Notes under the pieces: generated by a model
Databases searched by the model: none
Seen by the model: only the letters and a program-made list of their open reading frames with translations
Told to the model about the DNA's origin: nothing
Position numbers and translations under genes: made by a program
Part shown: piece by piece, positions 21,106 to 32,738 of the stretch
Layout of the letters: each line of letters opens with the position of its first letter
How positions within the stretch are numbered: position 1 is the stretch's first letter
Assembly: GCA_000165345.1 (NCBI GenBank)
Contig: CM000433.1
Span: 704,001 to 768,000, forward strand
Reading direction: 5' to 3'
Length of the DNA stretch: 64,000 nucleotides

Positions 21106-24100
21106 TCAACAGAATAGACCAATTGAATCAACAAAACTGTCAATATTTTGGCTAAATAATTTATCTCCAACAGTCTCGCAAGGAAAATCTTGAACAAGAT
21201 TTGAAGGAGCTAGTATATAAGCTGAAAATGGAGACATATTGAGAAAAACTGTTTGCTTGAGAGATTTTGTATTGACAAATCTATATGGAGATTCGTGTTG
21301 GAAATTGTTTGGAAATTTATTATTAACAATAGAATTAATATTTGAAGGCTCTGAGTTAGGGCTAAAAATCTTGAATCCTTGCTCAGATTTGATAGAAGTG
21401 GAACAAAAGCTGCCCGTGATATGATATTTTTTGTCTCCTCCAAATCTCTCATCTTGTGTGTCAATTATTAGACTCTGGGGAAGTTCACTTGAAATCCCAA
21501 ATCCATAATCGTTGTAATACTTTTCGCTGAAATTGAAAACAAAAACACAATTATTTCTCTCAATTACCATAACTTTATCCAATTCGTGGCACAATACTAC
21601 ATTAATATTAGATGATGAATTATACAAACTATCAGTTGTTAAGATCTTTAATGAATCTTTTGAATGCTTACCAAGGCTTTTTGCTCTAGAATAGATGTTT
21701 TGAATAGACTTTGAGCCTTCTTTTCCATTGCTTTGGGGGGTTGAGTCCAAATAAATGACAGATTCATTATCTACTGGGCTTGTATTATCCCCTGAGCTCT
21801 CTTCCAATTTTTTAATAATTGCTTCTTTCTTCGCTAAAACCCTCTTAGAAAATGTTGAAGCTGGGGAAATCTCTGAAGGTATTAATGAAGTAGAGGTTCC
21901 TTTAGTTAAAGGTGAAATTGATTTGGAGTAACAAGCTGAAGTAAGCCCATTCTTACCTAACTCTCCCTCACTACCACATGTTAACGGTGAAAGATAATTA
22001 TAATTGACTCCATAATCCTGAATGTTATTCTTGGCTATCCAGCTTAAAAATTTCTCAAGACGAATCAATAGAGTATTAAAGAATTCTAAATGCTTGAATT
22101 TCAAGTTCTTGTTATCTGCCAAATCCCATTTACAACACATTTTGCTATTATCCATGTTATTATTTGGTCTAGGAAGATCAAAAGAATCAGGATTTCCAAA
22201 TTCGGAGCCCATACTTTGAAAGACACCATTTTTTGCGAAAGCCATGGTTGTTAATATAAGTAGCTTTAACTGTTTAAGAGCAAAAACCGACTTGTCAAAA
22301 CCGTCAAATACCATCATATGATGATGAAGAGCATTTTCTCCAAAGGCTTGAAGAATGATGGGTGAATTTGGCTTAAGTATTAAGCTTGGAGTAACATCCA
22401 AAACATTGCACTGTTCAAAATACAAGAAACTAGTTGCTCGTGCAATTGAGTCCCATGAAAATGAATAAGCTGCTTTTACTCTACCTCTGGACCCCATCCA
22501 TCTAGAATGATCAAAGTTTTTCAATATCTCACAGCAACCCCAAGCAATGCTATCCTTACATGGCTCAACCAAGTACCCATCTACGTTCGGAGTTAAGAAA
22601 TCCCTTGGGCCGCCACTAGTAGTAGCAACAACAGGCTTTCCAGCTGTCCATCCTTCCAATACAACAATTCCAAATGGTTCATTTCTTGATGGTACTACTA
22701 CTGCGTCACAAGCCTTGTAAAGTCTGATTACATCATCTCCTGATTTCTTTCCAACAAATCTGATGGAATTGTAAATACCTAACTGATGAGATCTACGCAC
22801 AATCTCATCTTTTTGGTGTCCATCTCCAACTATGATAAATTTCGTATCATTACGATATTTCAAAATGCCAGGTACTGCTTCAATAAGTAAGTCAACTCCT
22901 TTTTGGAGAGCCATTCTTGCAACGCAAAGAAATGTTGGTTCCAAAGGTCCTATGCCGTATTGCCTTTTAACTTCGCCAGCATCATCCATTGCTACACTAT
23001 CAAAGGTCTTGCAATTAATTCCATTAAAAATTACTTTAATTTTGTTTCTATTTATTCCAAATAGTCTACATACTTCCTCTGCAAACACTCCACTTACACA
23101 AATTAGTCGGTCTGCAGTATGGGAGCCTTCTCTCTCTATATCAGAAATTCTACCGCTCTGTCCTCCATATGACTGATTTCCACATCTGCCGTATTCAGTA
23201 GAATGCAATGTTAGGATAGTAGTCCTATTATTATTTCCAATTCTTCTTAAACTTGTTAATACAGGAGCAGCTAACCAATCATGGCAATGACAAATATTGA
23301 ATCGATACCCATTCTTTACATTATTAAGCATTGGATGATCAGGTACCTTTGTTAGCCCATCTTCCCATCTCTGCATATAATATACAAACGAATTACACAT
23401 ATTTATAATTTCAGTAACAAAATCAGAATTCAACTGGAAAGGGCATTCATGGTATAATACTCCATCGTGAACTTTGATTATATATGCTGATGTAGTTGCC
23501 CTTGTGAATAGATGAACCTCGTGGCCAAGTCTTACAAGGCTTGCAGACAACTGTGAAACATGAGGTGAAACCCCACCAACTGAGTGAGTATAAAGACTTT
23601 CCCAACTGAACATTGCAATTCTGAGAGGATTCTGTGTCACCGTCTTCATCTCCAGAGATTCTATCCCATATAAGTTTCTGGAAACAAACTCAACTGTATG
23701 CAAATCAGATTCTCCCATATCCGAGTAACTATTATTATTGCCATTATCATTATCTCCTCTACTGGATATGTTTTGCTTCTCTCTGTTTTTGTATAAAATC
23801 CGAATCTTCTTATTGGAATTCCTCATTTTATCCTCATGGGGAAGCAACTCGTCAATTATATCTTTTTTAATATTTAAACTGGATGGGCTTTTAAGGATGA
23901 TGTCTTGCAAGGAGCTACAAATTGAAGTATTCCAAATATAGTCAAAGCCCATACCTCCATATTCCAAAGGTACTGCAAGCTCTGAACAAGCCTTGTCTTT
24001 GTTTTCTCTTAAGAGAAGCTCATTTGCTATTGTAATAGCAAATGGCTTAATTGTGTGGATTGTATCATTAATCAAAGCCAACACTGAGGAGATATAGGAG

Positions 24101-27100
24101 TATTTTTCTTGTTCTTCTGATAGATCTGGAACAGTGAATCTGAAGCCATCAATACCAAGATGAGTCAATAAATAGTGGAGAGAAGAGAATATTTGAGCTA
24201 ACATTGGAATGTAACCCAGATTGAGGCGACTGTAACTTTTATTGTAAGCAAATAGAGGTGAAATTACATCTGGAGTATGTTTGAAAAAGCTTGGATTGAA
24301 TGTATTCAAATTAGTAAGCATAAATGACTCATACAGATCAACAACAGAGTCATCCAAAAATAACTCATCAATTCTAACTATATTAGTACCAGAATTACCA
24401 TTTCCAAATATAAATGATCCCTCTCTGCTCATATTTCCGTTGCTTGCTTCGCTTCCTGAGCACATATTTATCTCATCAATGTCTATAATGTCTTGTAGAT
24501 TGCTCAAATTGTTGTTAACCTCCCTATCACATGGCTGAAGCATTGAGTTAGAATTAGTAATATCTGCAAATGTTAAGTTAAAGTCGACTATCACGGCAAT
24601 TCCTCTTGAATGGCAGTCATCCATTAAGTCCTTAAACTCTTCCAAGGTACCGTATTTGCTATAAGGAGTGAAATAATTGAATGGATACTGACTGTTGCTA
24701 AATGACTGATAATGCTCTAGTAAACCAGTCAACAGTAAACAATTATATCCTCCTCGAGATATCCTTGGTAGAACCTTTTCTTTAAAGCTTGCAAAAGTTC
24801 CAAATTCTCCCTTGGAAGAAAATGCAATATTTGCTTCATATATATACAAAGGTGATTGCCTAAAATTTGTCACAAGTCCTTTGACAATACTTGTAACTGG
24901 TATCTGATATTCCTTTCCATTTGAATCAAAGATATTATCTTTATTTTGCTTTAAATTTCCACCTAACCTTGGCTTTAAAACACATCTTGGAAGAGGGTAC
25001 TTGAGATCTCTATTTCTCAGGCCATCGTGCTCTTTTTGGCTTTCCAAGTAAAAATTACAATTCATTAAAGCATTCTCAGTACTATCTTTGATTCCTGAAG
25101 TAGTCAAAGATCTTGAATAAGAAAGTAATCTGTAAGTCTCCAGTTCTTGAGAAGAAACTGCTCCCATACTATTGTTGACTTCTGCCATATGACCTTCTGT
25201 GAATCCATCAGCCTTAGAAGTAACAATCCTAATTTTGAATGAAATAGAATTAGCTTTGGGACTACAACTTAAAAAACTTTCTAGCTTATTTTCATCCAAA
25301 ATTATTGAATACACCCTACTCTTCATAAAATGTGGAATTGAAGGGTAATTTTCATATATCTCTTGGTTCATTGAACAAATATTTTCTGTTTCAAGTTGCA
25401 TTGGGTGAGAAGTCTTATTCCAATCATTAAAATCGCCAACTAAGTAAATATTCATGGTTCTTAAGCCTCCCTTAATACTTCTTCTTCTTCTATTAAGTCC
25501 ATAGCAAAATACCTGGTCTGTAAGTTCATCCCCTATAAACTCCCTAATTAACCAAGCCCTATTGCCATTTCCCAATTCTGACTTCCTTTTCAGCTCTACT
25601 ACGCCCATACTCTTGTAAACTTCACAAAATTTTGTGAACCCTTCCCTACACCAAATCCTCTCATTCTCCATAGTTTTCTCATCCTTATCGGTATTTGTTT
25701 GTGCATGCGCATGTAATAAAGCAAAGCATTGCATGCAATTCCTATCAGAACATGTGGCGCCGCCCCACACTGACTTTGCCAACTTGGCCTTGAGCGTGTG
25801 CGTGTCGAACATCATTTCTCTGCACTCATAAAACTCTTCTTCCTTGACAGATTCCTGAATGACAGGTATTTCTTGGTTGTCTGTCAACTTTTCATTCTGG
25901 TTATTGTTACTATTAATTGTTGAGTTCGAGTACAATAAATTTTTCTTTCTAATATTCGATATTGCAACAGAGTCAGAAGCGCCAACTACCGCAGACTCCC
26001 AAAATCTTAAATTTGACCATTCTGAAACCAAAAGAGGATCTTCTTCAAATCCAATCACTTCTTCATCCTCAAATATCTCGATATCATCGATCACTTCCAA
26101 TTCTTTATTCTCATCTAGTCCCTCAAGAGTTGAACCTTTCTTTGATAGAGTTAAGTTCTCCGTGCTTGAATTAATAGAGGTTGTTACTGAGTCCAGGTCC
26201 GTGGATGAAAACCCATTTGCTGAGTCAACCAATTTGCAAGAGTCTGTTGAATAGTAATTCAATGTTGTAGCTATCGTTGATTTGCCATCCAAGTTTTCCC
26301 CTCCCATCATATTTTCTTTAATCTCTAGGTCTCTCTCAGAGTCTTCTGTTCTGAAAATGTTTAAATCCTCAAAATTCTCTAGTGAATTATAAATCAACTT
26401 CTGTGTCATAAACTCTGTTCTAGCTTCTCCAAGAGCCAAATCTTTTAAGGTTGAAATGTAACTGCTCCAATTATATGTACTCGTTACCATTGCATAATCT
26501 GTTGGATTCGTAAATATGTGAATCATATAAGCATCTTTCTTAGAGTTTGATAATGATAATTTCTTCAATTCATCCTCAAATCTTGCTTGTCCATCCAATC
26601 TATTCTCAATGCTAAAACTAAAAACAGTTAGGAATGATTCTTCCATCTTATTCAACCGAAAATCTTCATATAAAGTCTCAACATTATTTATAAGCTCTGA
26701 AATATTGCTAACTTCACTAAATTTCACCATAAAAGCTAAAGAAGACAAATCAAAACTTCGAATCTTCTCATTACTTTCTTTCAAAAATGTATTGCAAAAT
26801 GCCAATCCCAGGTTATTTCGTGAATTCTCTATATCTCTTCTCCTCTTTAAGGTTGTCATCATCCACTTTTCATTGCTAATTTCGCTCTTATTTCCTCCAT
26901 TCATATTCAAAATCGAGTTTGAGTGAGAAAAGTAATTCTGTAAAATCTCTCTCTCATTCTTGTCCACAATTACTTCAAACATCTTATTTCTAAAAACACC
27001 ATCACTATAATTAAAAAATTCAAGCATACATAGATTTCTTGGATCCTTATTATCTTCCAAAACCATCCAATAACTCCCTTTTACCATTCTTGAAAATTCA

Positions 27101-27315
27101 TTCAGTTGAAATATCAGTCCTAGCTTTTCTTTATCGTTTTCACATCTTATTAGAGTCATACTTAGTGGATAAGAGTCCAGAATGCAACATTCCCCTTCTC
27201 TATTACTACTTATCTCCTCATTTTCGTGGCATGTTAGAATATCTAGAGCCTCCTCTAGTTCCAGTCGCATTCTGTTTACATTTTTATCCAACTCAAGCTC
27301 CTCCCTATCACTCAT
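21106..27315 (-). CDS. 2069-aa alpha-glucan metabolism protein: GH13 branching-enzyme-like domain interrupted by a GT4-type glycosyltransferase domain
   Basis: ATG ORF (MSDREELELD...). GH13/branching-enzyme N-part at aa ~590-1140 (nt ~23898-25548): LVGDFNDWN, IYEANIAFSS...VLPRISRGGYNCLLLTGLLEH, GIAVIVDFNLTF, GIDGFRFTVPD, GGMGFDYIWN. GT4 domain at aa ~1230-1635 (nt ~22413-23628): RIAMFSWESLYTHSVGGVSPHVSQLSASLVRLGHEVHLFTR ... VVVPSRNEPFGIVVLEGWTAGKPVVATTSGGPRDF. Branching-enzyme C-part at aa ~1650-2040 (nt ~21198-22368): HHHMMVFDGFDKS..., FQSMGSEFGNPDSFDLPR..., KVMVIERNNCVFVFNFSEKYYNDYGFG...FGGDKKYH. Confidence 0.85.
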   Translation of the reverse strand: MSDREELELDKNVNRMRLELEEALDILTCHENEEISSNREGECCILDSYPLSMTLIRCENDKEKLGLIFQLNEFSRMVKGSYWMVLEDNKDPRNLCMLEFFNYSDGVFRNKMFEVIVDKNEREILQNYFSHSNSILNMNGGNKSEISNEKWMMTTLKRRRDIENSRNNLGLAFCNTFLKESNEKIRSFDLSSLAFMVKFSEVSNISELINNVETLYEDFRLNKMEESFLTVFSFSIENRLDGQARFEDELKKLSLSNSKKDAYMIHIFTNPTDYAMVTSTYNWSSYISTLKDLALGEARTEFMTQKLIYNSLENFEDLNIFRTEDSERDLEIKENMMGGENLDGKSTIATTLNYYSTDSCKLVDSANGFSSTDLDSVTTSINSSTENLTLSKKGSTLEGLDENKELEVIDDIEIFEDEEVIGFEEDPLLVSEWSNLRFWESAVVGASDSVAISNIRKKNLLYSNSTINSNNNQNEKLTDNQEIPVIQESVKEEEFYECREMMFDTHTLKAKLAKSVWGGATCSDRNCMQCFALLHAHAQTNTDKDEKTMENERIWCREGFTKFCEVYKSMGVVELKRKSELGNGNRAWLIREFIGDELTDQVFCYGLNRRRRSIKGGLRTMNIYLVGDFNDWNKTSHPMQLETENICSMNQEIYENYPSIPHFMKSRVYSIILDENKLESFLSCSPKANSISFKIRIVTSKADGFTEGHMAEVNNSMGAVSSQELETYRLLSYSRSLTTSGIKDSTENALMNCNFYLESQKEHDGLRNRDLKYPLPRCVLKPRLGGNLKQNKDNIFDSNGKEYQIPVTSIVKGLVTNFRQSPLYIYEANIAFSSKGEFGTFASFKEKVLPRISRGGYNCLLLTGLLEHYQSFSNSQYPFNYFTPYSKYGTLEEFKDLMDDCHSRGIAVIVDFNLTFADITNSNSMLQPCDREVNNNLSNLQDIIDIDEINMCSGSEASNGNMSREGSFIFGNGNSGTNIVRIDELFLDDSVVDLYESFMLTNLNTFNPSFFKHTPDVISPLFAYNKSYSRLNLGYIPMLAQIFSSLHYLLTHLGIDGFRFTVPDLSEEQEKYSYISSVLALINDTIHTIKPFAITIANELLLRENKDKACSELAVPLEYGGMGFDYIWNTSICSSLQDIILKSPSSLNIKKDIIDELLPHEDKMRNSNKKIRILYKNREKQNISSRGDNDNGNNNSYSDMGESDLHTVEFVSRNLYGIESLEMKTVTQNPLRIAMFSWESLYTHSVGGVSPHVSQLSASLVRLGHEVHLFTRATTSAYIIKVHDGVLYHECPFQLNSDFVTEIINMCNSFVYYMQRWEDGLTKVPDHPMLNNVKNGYRFNICHCHDWLAAPVLTSLRRIGNNNRTTILTLHSTEYGRCGNQSYGGQSGRISDIEREGSHTADRLICVSGVFAEEVCRLFGINRNKIKVIFNGINCKTFDSVAMDDAGEVKRQYGIGPLEPTFLCVARMALQKGVDLLIEAVPGILKYRNDTKFIIVGDGHQKDEIVRRSHQLGIYNSIRFVGKKSGDDVIRLYKACDAVVVPSRNEPFGIVVLEGWTAGKPVVATTSGGPRDFLTPNVDGYLVEPCKDSIAWGCCEILKNFDHSRWMGSRGRVKAAYSFSWDSIARATSFLYFEQCNVLDVTPSLILKPNSPIILQAFGENALHHHMMVFDGFDKSVFALKQLKLLILTTMAFAKNGVFQSMGSEFGNPDSFDLPRPNNNMDNSKMCCKWDLADNKNLKFKHLEFFNTLLIRLEKFLSWIAKNNIQDYGVNYNYLSPLTCGSEGELGKNGLTSACYSKSISPLTKGTSTSLIPSEISPASTFSKRVLAKKEAIIKKLEESSGDNTSPVDNESVIYLDSTPQSNGKEGSKSIQNIYSRAKSLGKHSKDSLKILTTDSLYNSSSNINVVLCHELDKVMVIERNNCVFVFNFSEKYYNDYGFGISSELPQSLIIDTQDERFGGDKKYHITGSFCSTSIKSEQGFKIFSPNSEPSNINSIVNNKFPNNFQHESPYRFVNTKSLKQTVFLNMSPFSAYILAPSNLVQDFPCETVGDKLFSQNIDSFVDSIGLFC

Positions 27316-28206
27316 CTTACACTCCCCTTTTTGTGAGAGTATTTATTATGTGATATGATCTTTATTCTTTGAGGTTTTAGATTCTTGGATTTAACTTATT
27401 TTTGTCTTTTTTGTTTTCAATTATCTTCTTTTAATATCCAAGTTAATTTATAAGTTTCATAAATACAAAACTTGTTTATTATAATTTCTTTTCCCCTTCT
27501 TATTTGGACTTTCACTTCAAGCTTAATTATCAATTATTTATTTATTTTAAATATTTAACCAACTCGAAAAAATGACAATAATAACTGGAAAACTGCTTTA
27601 TATTTATATACAAAATGCTAATTATTGGATTCCAAATATTGCCAATAATAATGAGATAACTTTCTTGATATCTTCTTTAGTTAAAGTCTTATTTTTACTC
27701 TATATAAATTATTTTGAAAACTCAATACTTAGAACTTACTAATAATCAATTATTAATAAAATAATAAATTATAATTGTAATCAATGAATAAATACGATCC
27801 AAGAGCTGACGACTTTTACCAATTTCTTCTGAATTTGTAAATTAAGATTGAGAAAGTGATCCTAACAATTCTATTTTCTCACTTAATTATATTATATTAC
27901 TATCCTTAATACTGTAGAAAAGTAATACTATGAATTAAAAAGAAACTTTGATCCTTCTTATATCGCTTATGAAATATTTACTTCAATTTATTCCGAAATC
28001 CAAATTGTTGGTGTCCTTCCAAAGCAGAAGTGGTTGTGATAGTTCCAGTTGTATATTTAATAACTGTAAATTTTACTGAATAAAGCTTTTGAAAAAAATA
28101 TATATATTTAAAAAATCCAAATCCACACAAAGCAAAATGCTGATTTCTCTTCAGCTATTTAAAGCACATATATAATGAAAGCCCAGTATAGAATTATATA
28201 TATAAG

Positions 28207-28232
28207 TATATATATATATATATATATATATA
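28207..28232. repeat. (TA)n dinucleotide microsatellite
   Basis: tatatatatatatatatatatatata read directly. Confidence 0.9.
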
Positions 28233-30147
28233 AATCTTTATATGAAAAACTTGAATTGAATTATAAAATGAATTTGAACTGAATTAGTGAGATTCCAAAT
28301 CGTACCCAAAGTAACTCAAAAGCAGAAATGAGAAGAAAAAAAAATTAGAGGGAAATTATTCGCTCTAAACCTTTTTTTCTATTATTCTGCTTATATAGTC
28401 CTTGGTTATTGCCTAAATTGCACCCTTTTTCTAACAGGTCAGGTTTACTTGTTTTATATCTTTTTCTTCGTGTAAATACAATTCCTAAATCTTATAAAAA
28501 TTGGAATAAGCTTAGCTTTGTCAATCTTTACTGAAGAAAAAAAATATACTGGTTACTTTTGTCTTATTTTTTCCTTCTAACCTTTTTCCACGCGAATTCG
28601 AGAGTAGAAAGATTCTGCTTGCAATCAGAAATGTGCAACTCTTTTCTTCTTTCCTATTAGTATATATATATTTTTTTGGAGCCTATTAACTAATTATTTA
28701 AAAAAAATTGTAATCTGTAATTAGATGATTTGAAATATTCGGCTTTTCAGAAATATTATCCAGGTTGAATTTCCCTTGTATCTCTAATCTAGGACTTGTC
28801 TTGATATTTTAACTTTTGAAATAAGAAAAAAAGAGGATTAGGAATTCACACCTTAAAGAATATCTGTTATATTTATTATTAATAAATATATAAAATATTT
28901 ATATTTTAATGCATGTATATACACCAATATATTTTCTATATACACATATACATAAAAAAAATGTATATAGTATATTAACTATATAATAATGGTTCCAGTA
29001 AATTGAGTTGAACCAACCTTGAAAAACTTTGGCTGAATTTTCAGAAATAGATTTTGTGACATATGATGTTAATATTTAGAGTTAATGCATTAATCCCAAT
29101 ATATTCTTTGATTTTCTTTTATATATACAATAGAATGGATAAATTAATGTTTATTTATTGTAATATTCTTTTGCTTCTTTGACTTTTAAGCAATTAATAA
29201 GAATACTATAACTAAGTTCAATTTCTTTTATTTAATTTCCAACTGAAATTTGTGTGTGAATTTTTCGATATATATTACCTTTATGAACTGTTAACTTATT
29301 AGTTAGTTTAAAAAAAAAAATGCTGCACAATACTATAAGAACCTCGAAAACTTTAAACTCGGAAAGTAATTAAATAATTTAATTTTACTCTGACCCTCTT
29401 CCTTCAAGCTCGAGCGAAGATTTACTTAAATAATTTGATTTGCACACTTCTTGTTGCTCGAAAATAATTTTATTTTCACAATCAAATAATAAACACAGAC
29501 TTTTAACACGGATTAATTAAAAAAATGAATGAATTGTCGAAACTACTCAAAATACTAAAATTTAGTATGAAAATACTCCTTCATGTAATTTTTGCTTTTT
29601 TTTCTTTTTTTACCTTTTTTTCTCACATATAATTTTTTCCCCCTTATATTAAGCCCTAACCTAATTATTAATTAAATACTACCCGCTCCCACATTCGACC
29701 GCCTATATAGTATTCATTTTTTTAGTGCAAGTGTGCATTGTAAATTTTGAGAAAGAAAAATAAATAAATATATATTTCATATATATTTACAAATTACAAA
29801 AAATACAAAATATAAAGTTGTTTACAATTAATTAAATTTACGGTAGATTCCCAAATTAATTTTAAATATTTCCCTATTCTCATTCCCTATCCTTTTCCTC
29901 ACATCGAATTTCACTCTACTTGTTTCTTTTCATCACGTTTAATAACAATCTACATACTATCACCCCCCTTATACACTCAAATGCGCCCCCCCGTCGGTCC
30001 GGATATGGGGCTCTATATTATCCCATCCACCTATCTCCCCCATTTTATTCCCACCTTTCTACACTCCCCCCACCTTTTACCCCCTATACAATTTTTTGTT
30101 AAACTACCGCCTTTTTATTTTAAAAAAATTACACGCCCCCTTGCCAC

Positions 30148-30442
30148 NNNNTTNTNANTTNNATNAATNNGCNNNNCTNANNNNNNANANNNNNNNAGNN
30201 NNNANNNNNNNNNNNNNNNANNTNNNNNNNNNNNNTNNCTNNNNTNTTNNNNNNNNNCNNNNNNNNCNNNNNTNNNTNNCNNTNNCTNNNNANNNNNNNT
30301 NNTTTNNNNNTTTTTNNNNNNNNNNNNNNNNTNNTNNTTNNTNNNTTTNNNNNNNNTNTTTNANNNNCANNNNNNNNTTNNCNNNNNNTNCNNNNNNNNN
30401 NNNANNNNTNNNNNTTTTNNCNNNCNNNNNANNNNNNNNNTN
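30148..30442. other. Partly N-masked / low-quality block (assembly gap or masked sequence)
   Basis: About 295 positions, mostly n with scattered called bases. A C-rich tract (29940-30147) lies immediately upstream. Content cannot be interpreted; the listed X-containing ORFs here are artefacts. Confidence 0.9.
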
Positions 30443-31026
30443 TATATAATGTTAAACACTAACTAATATTACTTAGTTGTCCATACTATTTAGCTTTATA
30501 TTTTGCTATACTAATTATATAAGGCTTTAATTATTAGATTAGATTGTACTATATATTTTCGCAGAAAATTTCAACTCGGCTCAAAAGCATTTTATTGGTA
30601 TAATTAGCCTATTTATTTGCCAAGCCCTTCCCTAAGTTCACTTCATAAATTTTGTTGGTTTTGCTTAAACTTTAAAGGGCAAAACATTTTTTTTATTAAA
30701 AACTATCAAACTAAAGAAACTTTGACTAAATAGATAATCTCATTTGTAGAATTAAAATAATACTCCTTGCCACCTCCGTAATATACAAAAAAATTTGTAA
30801 AAAAACAATTAATTGAATTTGTTCTTATTTCGTGTATGAAATTCATTTCAAAAAAATAATACGATAACTTCCGCTCATTTAATTAAATTAATATAGTTTT
30901 TCTATTATTAAAAAAAAAATGTTCTTAAAGAAAATTTAGCGGCCTTTATGCCTGCCTTGTATTTTAGAATACTTTTCTTAATCCATTCTTGATATGATAA
31001 TAACATCTGACTACGTAATCGTCGAG

Positions 31027-31098
31027 TCCGAGTTAGTATAGTGGTTAGTATATCCGCCTGTCACGCGGATGACCCGGGTTCAATTCCCGGACTTGGAG
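31027..31098 (+). tRNA. tRNA-Asp: tRNA-Asp (anticodon GTC)
   Basis: TCCGAGTTAGTATAGTGGTTAGTATATCCGCCTGTCACGCGGATGACCCGGGTTCAATTCCCGGACTTGGAG. The 7-bp acceptor stem, D arm, anticodon stem TCCGC/GCGGA with loop CTGTCAC (anticodon GTC) and T arm CCGGG-TTCAATT-CCCGG all fold canonically. 72 nt. Confidence 0.9.
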
Positions 31099-31099
31099 C

Positions 31100-31107
31100 T
31101 TTTTTTA
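31100..31107 (+). terminator. Pol III oligo-T terminator after tRNA-Asp
   Basis: A T7 run begins 2 nt after the tRNA 3' end. Confidence 0.6.
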
Positions 31108-31607
31108 AAAAATTTGTTTTGCCTAAATTTGGACCGCTCTTTTTTATTGTTAAATGGCAGCTCTATTTTCGGACTTGAACTTTGGTAATAAACATCACCT
31201 GACAAATCAACTTAATTAATTTCTAATACTGTGCTCAGGAAAACAACACGCACATAATTTAAACACTTTCGTTTAAAAAGAAGGAAAAAATCGTATCGAA
31301 CTACACATTACTTAGTAACTATTTTGATTCAAACTAGCCCACCTTCTATCCATAATATTAGTTATCATTGACTAACAATTATAATAGAATTTTCTTGCTA
31401 AATTTAGAGTTTATTAGCATTGATTAGACAATTTATCATCTTTTTTTTTAGCTTTCAAATGAGAATAGAACTGAGATCTGAATAATGTAATAAGAAATTG
31501 TCTACAAGAAGTGATAACTTGTGTAATTCATATTTCTATTTAAGTTGCAATACGTATCTGTGTTCAGGAAATAAGCTGTTAAGAACAACTCCAAGAACAA
31601 TATTGAT

Positions 31608-32738
31608 TTAGAAGCACTTTCTGTGTACAATTGATGGACCAGATTCGTCATACTCTTCCTTAGTGATCCACATTTGTTGGAAAGTAGATAAAGAAGATAA
31701 GATGGAACCACCAATCCATACAGAGTATTTACGCTCAGGAGGTGCAACAACCTTGATCTTCATTGTTGATGGAGCCAAAGAAGTGAGCTCTTTTGTCATT
31801 CTTTCTCCAATACCTGGATACATTGTTGTACCTCCAGATAAAACAATATTGGCATAAAGGTCTTTACGGATATCAAGATCACATTTCATGATAGATTGGA
31901 ATGTAGTTTCACCAATACCGACAGCTTCTTTACCTAAAAAACCTGGTTGGAATAAAGCCTCAGGACATCTGAATCTTTCACTACCTACAGTAATTACATG
32001 GCCATCTGGTAGTTCATATGTCTTCTCTAATTCAGAAGATTCTTGAGATTTCTTCATTTCTTCCTCGTAATCTAAAGCAATGTAGCAGAGCTTTTCCTTA
32101 ATATCTCTTACGATTTCTCTCTCAGCTGTTGTTGTAAAGCTGTAACCACGGTCGTGGAGAATCTTCATCAAGAAATCAGTTAAATCACGTCCAGCTAGAT
32201 CTAATCTCATAATAGCATGTGGAATAGCATAACCTTCATAGATTGGAACAGTATGTGATACACCATCACCACTATCTAAAACAATACCAGTTGTACGACC
32301 AGAGGCATACAATGATAAGACAGCCTGAATATTAACATACATTGCTGGTACATTGAATGTTTCAAACATTATTTGAGTCATTCTTTCACGATTTACCTTT
32401 GGGTTCATTGGTGCTTCAGTCAATAATACTGGGTGTTCCTCAGGAGCAACACGTAATTCATTATAGAAAGTATGATGCCAGATCTTCTCCATATCTTCCC
32501 AGTTTGTAACAATACCATGCTCAATTGGGTATTTCAAAGTCAAAATACCTCTCTTTGATTGAGCTTCATCACCAACATAACAGTCCTTTTGGTCCATACC
32601 TACCATAACACCTGGCATTTTTGGGCGACCAACGATCGATGGGAAAACACATCTTGGAGCGTCATCACCTGCAACACCTGCCTTGACCATACCAGAACCA
32701 TTATCAACAACCAATGCTTGTGTTTCTTCTTCACTCAT
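31608..32738 (-). CDS. Actin (376 aa, intronless)
   Basis: Full-length actin protein [29 protein letters not shown]...IVHRKCF, initiated at a verified ATG. The sequence matches what I recall of Cryptosporidium actin. Confidence 0.97.
   Translation of the reverse strand: MSEEETQALVVDNGSGMVKAGVAGDDAPRCVFPSIVGRPKMPGVMVGMDQKDCYVGDEAQSKRGILTLKYPIEHGIVTNWEDMEKIWHHTFYNELRVAPEEHPVLLTEAPMNPKVNRERMTQIMFETFNVPAMYVNIQAVLSLYASGRTTGIVLDSGDGVSHTVPIYEGYAIPHAIMRLDLAGRDLTDFLMKILHDRGYSFTTTAEREIVRDIKEKLCYIALDYEEEMKKSQESSELEKTYELPDGHVITVGSERFRCPEALFQPGFLGKEAVGIGETTFQSIMKCDLDIRKDLYANIVLSGGTTMYPGIGERMTKELTSLAPSTMKIKVVAPPERKYSVWIGGSILSSLSTFQQMWITKEEYDESGPSIVHRKCF

Noticed and set aside
27960-28060. Short GC-richer patch whose minus strand reads ...VIKYTTGTITTTSALEGHQQFGFRNKLK* after a ttttacAG
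   Set aside because: Only ~29 stop-free codons; about 10% chance expectation at this composition. No upstream exon found and no recognisable family.
29940-30147. C-rich tract as a telomere, centromere or G-quadruplex element
   Set aside because: No tandem periodicity. It directly abuts low-quality masked sequence, so an assembly or sequencing artefact cannot be separated from biology; reported only as an oddity.
29981-30466. ORFs containing long runs of X
   Set aside because: Translations of the N-masked block; not interpretable.
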